Translations under genes and position numbers: made by a program
The notes under the pieces: model-generated
What the model saw: only the letters and a program-made list of their open reading frames with translations
What the model was told of the DNA's origin: nothing
The model's database searches: none
NCBI GenBank assembly: GCA_038087875.1
Contig: CM075981.1
Span: forward strand, 19,158,001-19,222,000
DNA length: 64,000 bases
Direction: 5' to 3'
Source: Malacoraja senta
Taxonomy: Eukaryota
In this document: positions 60,046 to 64,000 of the stretch, piece after piece
How positions within the stretch are numbered: the first letter of the stretch is position 1
Layout of the letters: every line of letters starts with the position of its first letter

Positions 60046-62270
60046 TACAAACGTTTTCAATATAGTCCCGATGGTCCCTTGTTGCCCTTGGTGCCCCCAC
60101 ACTCCCCCACCCCCCATGCCGGGTCCCTCTTTGTTCGGAATCAGGATTGGAATCTGAATCCATTGCACACATTCCCGCCTTCCCTTCAGAACAAAGTTCT
60201 ATCTGTCTTGGCCTTTTACCGACTTGGCCTCCACAGCTCTCCGAGGGAGAATTCCACTGATTTCAAATCCTCAGAGAGGAGGAATTTCTCCATTTCTCCA
60301 TCTGACAAGGACAACCCCTTTTCCTGAATCTCTGCCCCTTAGCCTGAATCTCTACCCCTTGTCCACGATCCCACTCCTCCTGTCTCTGTTTCTTGTCCTC
60401 CCCCACTGGGGATTGTTTCGCTCAGTCCCCTCTGCCCATACCGATCAATACGTTAAAAATGTCCCTCAGGTTACCTCATCCTGCTCGGGTCGACAGGGAA
60501 TGACCATGGCCTCTTTTGACCACCAGAGCACGGAAGCCCTTCATCCCTAAAATTTTTGCTGTACATATCTCTTGCACTTTGACATCCTTTCCAACATGCA
60601 AAGCCTTGAGCTGGCACAGCTCTCCAGCTGTCGACAAACCAGTGGTTTCTGAAGATTCATCATGATTTCTATGCTCTTGAACTTTGTGCCTGTGTTTAAT
60701 GTGATGCACATATTCTCACAGCACCTTCAGCAGTAGGACACAGTGATTCAAGTAAGCAGCTAACCAAACCATCTCAATGGCAATTATGGGTGGACAATAA
60801 CAGGTGGCCTTGCCAGCAATACCCAGATCCCCAAAAAATCAATTTAAACAAAATAATATTATTCTCGGCGTTATGTTCCATCTGTCACCAACCAGATGGC
60901 ACATAATTGAAATCAATCTCTATCTTCCTCATAGTTCATTGAACCGCCAAGTTTTTCTCATTTGGAAAACAATGATCCAACTGCTGAACTTGAACAACTC
61001 ACCTCTCCAATCACTGTATACGTTCACCATGTATCTGTACACTTTAAATGGCTCGATTGTAATACAGTAAATGGCTCGATTGTAACCAGTTCGGACGGAG
61101 ATACGATACGGATTAACAAATCGCATCTCCATCGAGGTAAGAGATTTAAAAAAGTTTCCCCCAACCCCCACCCCCCCCCCCCCACACCCTGCATAAAACA
61201 AAGCTAAAGAACACTAAAACACACATTTAACACGTACTAAAAAACAACAAAGAACGAAAAGGACAAGACAGATTGTTGATGAGGCAGCCATTGGGGCGCT
61301 ATCCGGTGGTTAACCTAAACTAAACTAAACTTTCTCTTTCTGTTTCTAACACTAGATTAATTTTCTTTACACATTGTACCCCCCTAATCTGTGAGCTGAT
61401 TGAGGCTCTGTGTGGGAGAGGGTGTGTCACCCAGGATCTGCATGGTGCCGGATTCACTCTGGAACATAGCATGCTATCCCAGTCTGGGTCTGTGCCCATC
61501 ACAGTCCAAGGGCAACTGCTGTTGGCAGGTTCAGGGCTGGTTTGGGCTGGGTCACACTTAGGTGTGTAAGAGGCATGCGGACCACTCACAGGAGTGACAA
61601 AATACATGGAACTGATGAGAATTCCCAAGATACAGAGCCATAAAACCTGCGCAGACTGGAGATTTTGCAGACATCTTCAACCTCTCATTACTGAAGTCTG
61701 AAGTTCCCACATGCTTTAAGAGGGCATCAATAACACCAATTCATGCGCTGTTCAGCACAAGAAGAGTGGGGCAACATGCCTCAATGACTATCGATCTGTG
61801 GCACTAACGTCCGTGGCGATGAAGTGCTTTGAGAGATTGGTTATGGTGCATATCAACTCCTACCTCAACAAGAACCTCAACCCATTACAATATGCACACT
61901 GCAAATTTTTCATGTTTGTTATATTATTTACAGATTACTATGTTTACATATTCTGTTGTGCTCCTGAAAGTAATAATTTCATTGTTGGACATATGATAAT
62001 ATCACACTTTTGACTCGACTGTAAACAGGACACAGTGGAGAGTTTGTGGATGAGTGCGGGCAGTGGTCGGGAAGGGAGCGCAGCAAGTGTGGACTTCCTC
62101 CAGCAACAACTATCTGAACTGAAGGGGGAGGGAAGAGATAAACTGGTGGGTGGAAATGAACTGGCATTGGCTTAAAGTTCACTCGTGACTGTTGAAGACA
62201 GGATGTTGGGTATCGAGGGGTCCACAAGTATCTCCTTTACTCATCTTTCTTCTCTCTGCCCCAACCTCAG

Positions 62271-62552
62271 AGCCCGTGGCAGGAACACAGATCAAGGCTG
62301 AGAACATCACCGAGATCTGCAACCTCTCCCTGACTTGCTTCGTGACCTCCGGCGGCCCCATCAACTTCACGTGGTGGAGGGAAGCTTTGGGAAATGACAG
62401 CACCCACCACCTCGAGGGACACGGAAAGACAATACAGGTTTATCACACAGCAGAGGTCGGGGGCACTGTGTATACGTGTGAGGCCAGTAACCCGGTCAGT
62501 AAGGGCACAGCACAGATCCGGCTGAGGGATATCTGTAAACAGTCCACATTTG
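62271..62552 (+). CDS. Gene B exon 3: SLAM/CD2-type IgC2 domain (EPVAGTQIKAENITEICNLSLTC...FTWW...YTCEASNPVS...ICKQSTF)
   Basis: Acceptor ctctctgccccaacctcag|, donor G|GTGAGT; 282 nt, phase 1-1. CNLSLTC, YTCEASNPVS and a terminal Cys are the canonical SLAM-family C2 signature; several N-x-S/T sequons. Confidence 0.95.
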
Positions 62553-62864
62553 GTGAGTGTCAAAGTGAGGATCCCAGGTTATTGGGAGGACAGTAGTTTA
62601 TTTGTTCATTGGGACAGTGTATTGGGAGTGTGTGATGGGACAGTGTGGAGGGAACTTCACTCTATACCTAATCCATGCCAGGAGTGGGTGGGATAATGGC
62701 ATAGAGGCACTAGGCCACATCTAACCCATGCCTTGGAAGGATTTAATACATAATTAACATTATTCTGTTCCCAAACCTTTCATCTCCATTTTTTTAAGCA
62801 ACCACTGAGGCTTAATTAAAGTGGTACCTCTGCCCAGAATGCACTTCAGCTTTGTGGAGTCAAC

Positions 62865-63530
62865 TCAGATGTACCTTTGCTAATCCACTGCCTGGCCATG
62901 TACAGGAGCAGAGTGATGAGAAGGTCCTTGTCCCCTTCTGCACTGACTGTCTATAGTTCAGGATCAAGGGGTTAAGTAGAGCCAAATCTTGATGACAGAC
63001 CCTTTAAACATTATAAACAGGCTGCAACCTCTCACTATCTGTGTGTACATGGAACATGTACTTGTCCAGGCTACAGAAAGCCAGGCAGGCTAAGGGGTTC
63101 ATGGGAGAATTAAAATCCTGTTAAACGAGACTGCTCTAAAACTAAAACTAAAACAAACAAAAACAGGTCTCTGAATGCCTCCAATGAACCAGTGGGCACT
63201 GCTTGCTCTCGCTTCTTTCACACCCATGGACGGATGTATCCTTGGAAGAAGGGCAGGCAGTCAGCCCAGATGGTACCTTCGACAATCCACTGCCTGACCA
63301 CGCACAGGAGCAGAGAGATGAGACGGTCCTTGTCCCCTTCTGCACGGACTGTCTACGGTTCAGGAGCAAGGGATTAAGTAGAGCCAAATCTTGAAGACAG
63401 ACCAAACAGGCTGCAACCTCTCATACGCTGTGTGTACATTAAACATGTACTTGTCCAGGCTGCAGAAAGGCAGGCAGGCTAAGGGTCCATAGGAGAATTA
63501 AAATCCTGTTGAATGGGACTGCTCTCTGCC
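62865..63530 (-). mobile_element. Two diverged tandem copies (about 62865-63135 and 63268-63528) of a Tx1-like ORF2 C-terminal remnant
   Basis: Minus-strand HV.TD.ERLQP and DLLITLLLYMA.QWI resemble the Tx1 zinc-knuckle/C-terminal region; the two copies align at roughly 80-85% by eye. Confidence 0.5.
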
Positions 63531-63604
63531 ACACTCTCCACCCTTGGTCCCATTCAGGCAGGGCTCCGCACCCACATCCACCATGCAGGATGATCATCAC
63601 AGTT

Positions 63605-63921
63605 TAAGTTTTGTTTTTAGTTTAGAGATACAACATGGAAACATACATTCACCGAACATCGATCACCCATTCTCACTAGTTCTGTTTTATCCCACTTTTC
63701 ACATTGACTCCCTCCACATTAGGGGCAATTTACAGAGACCAATTAACCTGCAAACCCACACATCTTTGGGATGTGGGAGGAATCAGGAGCACCTGGAAGA
63801 AACCCATGTGGAGACAGGGAGAACATGCAAACTACACACAGACAACACCTAAGAGGATCAAACCCATGATCCTCTGACATTGTGAGGCAGCAGTTTTACC
63901 AACTACACCACGCTGCCGCCC
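63605..63921 (-). mobile_element. V-SINE-type SINE
   Basis: Reverse complement of a full SINE: head gggcggcagcgtggtgtag, V domain, (ctaaa)-like tail. Confidence 0.8.
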
Positions 63922-64000
63922 CAGTGTTTGTAAATGGCAAACAATGATGAAGAACTGGAGTGGGTGCTCGAACAGGTTGTACAGGGAACAACACCCTGTG

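Noticed and set aside
62835-63394. Candidate next exon(s) of gene B (ECTSALW... / ...VLVPFCTDCL...)
   Set aside because: Not hydrophobic; the minus strand reads as a Tx1-like LINE remnant present in two tandem copies.

Overview
Eukaryotic, repeat-dense vertebrate DNA. The repeat set (CR1, Rex1/Babar, Penelope, L1/Tx1, V-SINE-type SINEs, a Gmr1-like Gypsy element, hAT, Tc1) points to a cartilaginous fish, probably a skate or ray; this is an inference. I reconstructed two spliced immunoglobulin-superfamily genes of the CD2/SLAM type by reading splice sites; the ORF track shows them only in fragments. They are arranged head-to-head about 48.6 kb apart. Gene A (minus strand; CDS exons 5878-5821, 3742-3461, 1240-1128) gives an uninterrupted 150-aa protein: signal peptide, a single SLAM-type IgC2 domain, then a hydrophobic C-terminus with almost no tail. 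It has no IgV exon and probably uses a GC-AG intron. Gene B (plus strand; exons 54467-54533, 58181-58498, 62271-62552) has a signal peptide, a Cys-less IgV and an IgC2; its TM and cytoplasmic exons were not found and probably lie beyond the window. The intergenic space is mostly nested, decayed transposons with some unusual junctions: (1) a Penelope insertion accompanied by a ~1 kb inverted duplication of its target flank, (2) a second Penelope insertion with several strand switches inside one 14-bp TSD, (3) a 5.2-kb Gmr1-like LTR fragment lacking integrase ends inside a CR1 that is otherwise continuous, and (4) a hAT element carrying retroelement cargo. Repeat boundaries are by-eye estimates unless a TSD or TIR is quoted. 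Family names come from motif recognition, not database searches.
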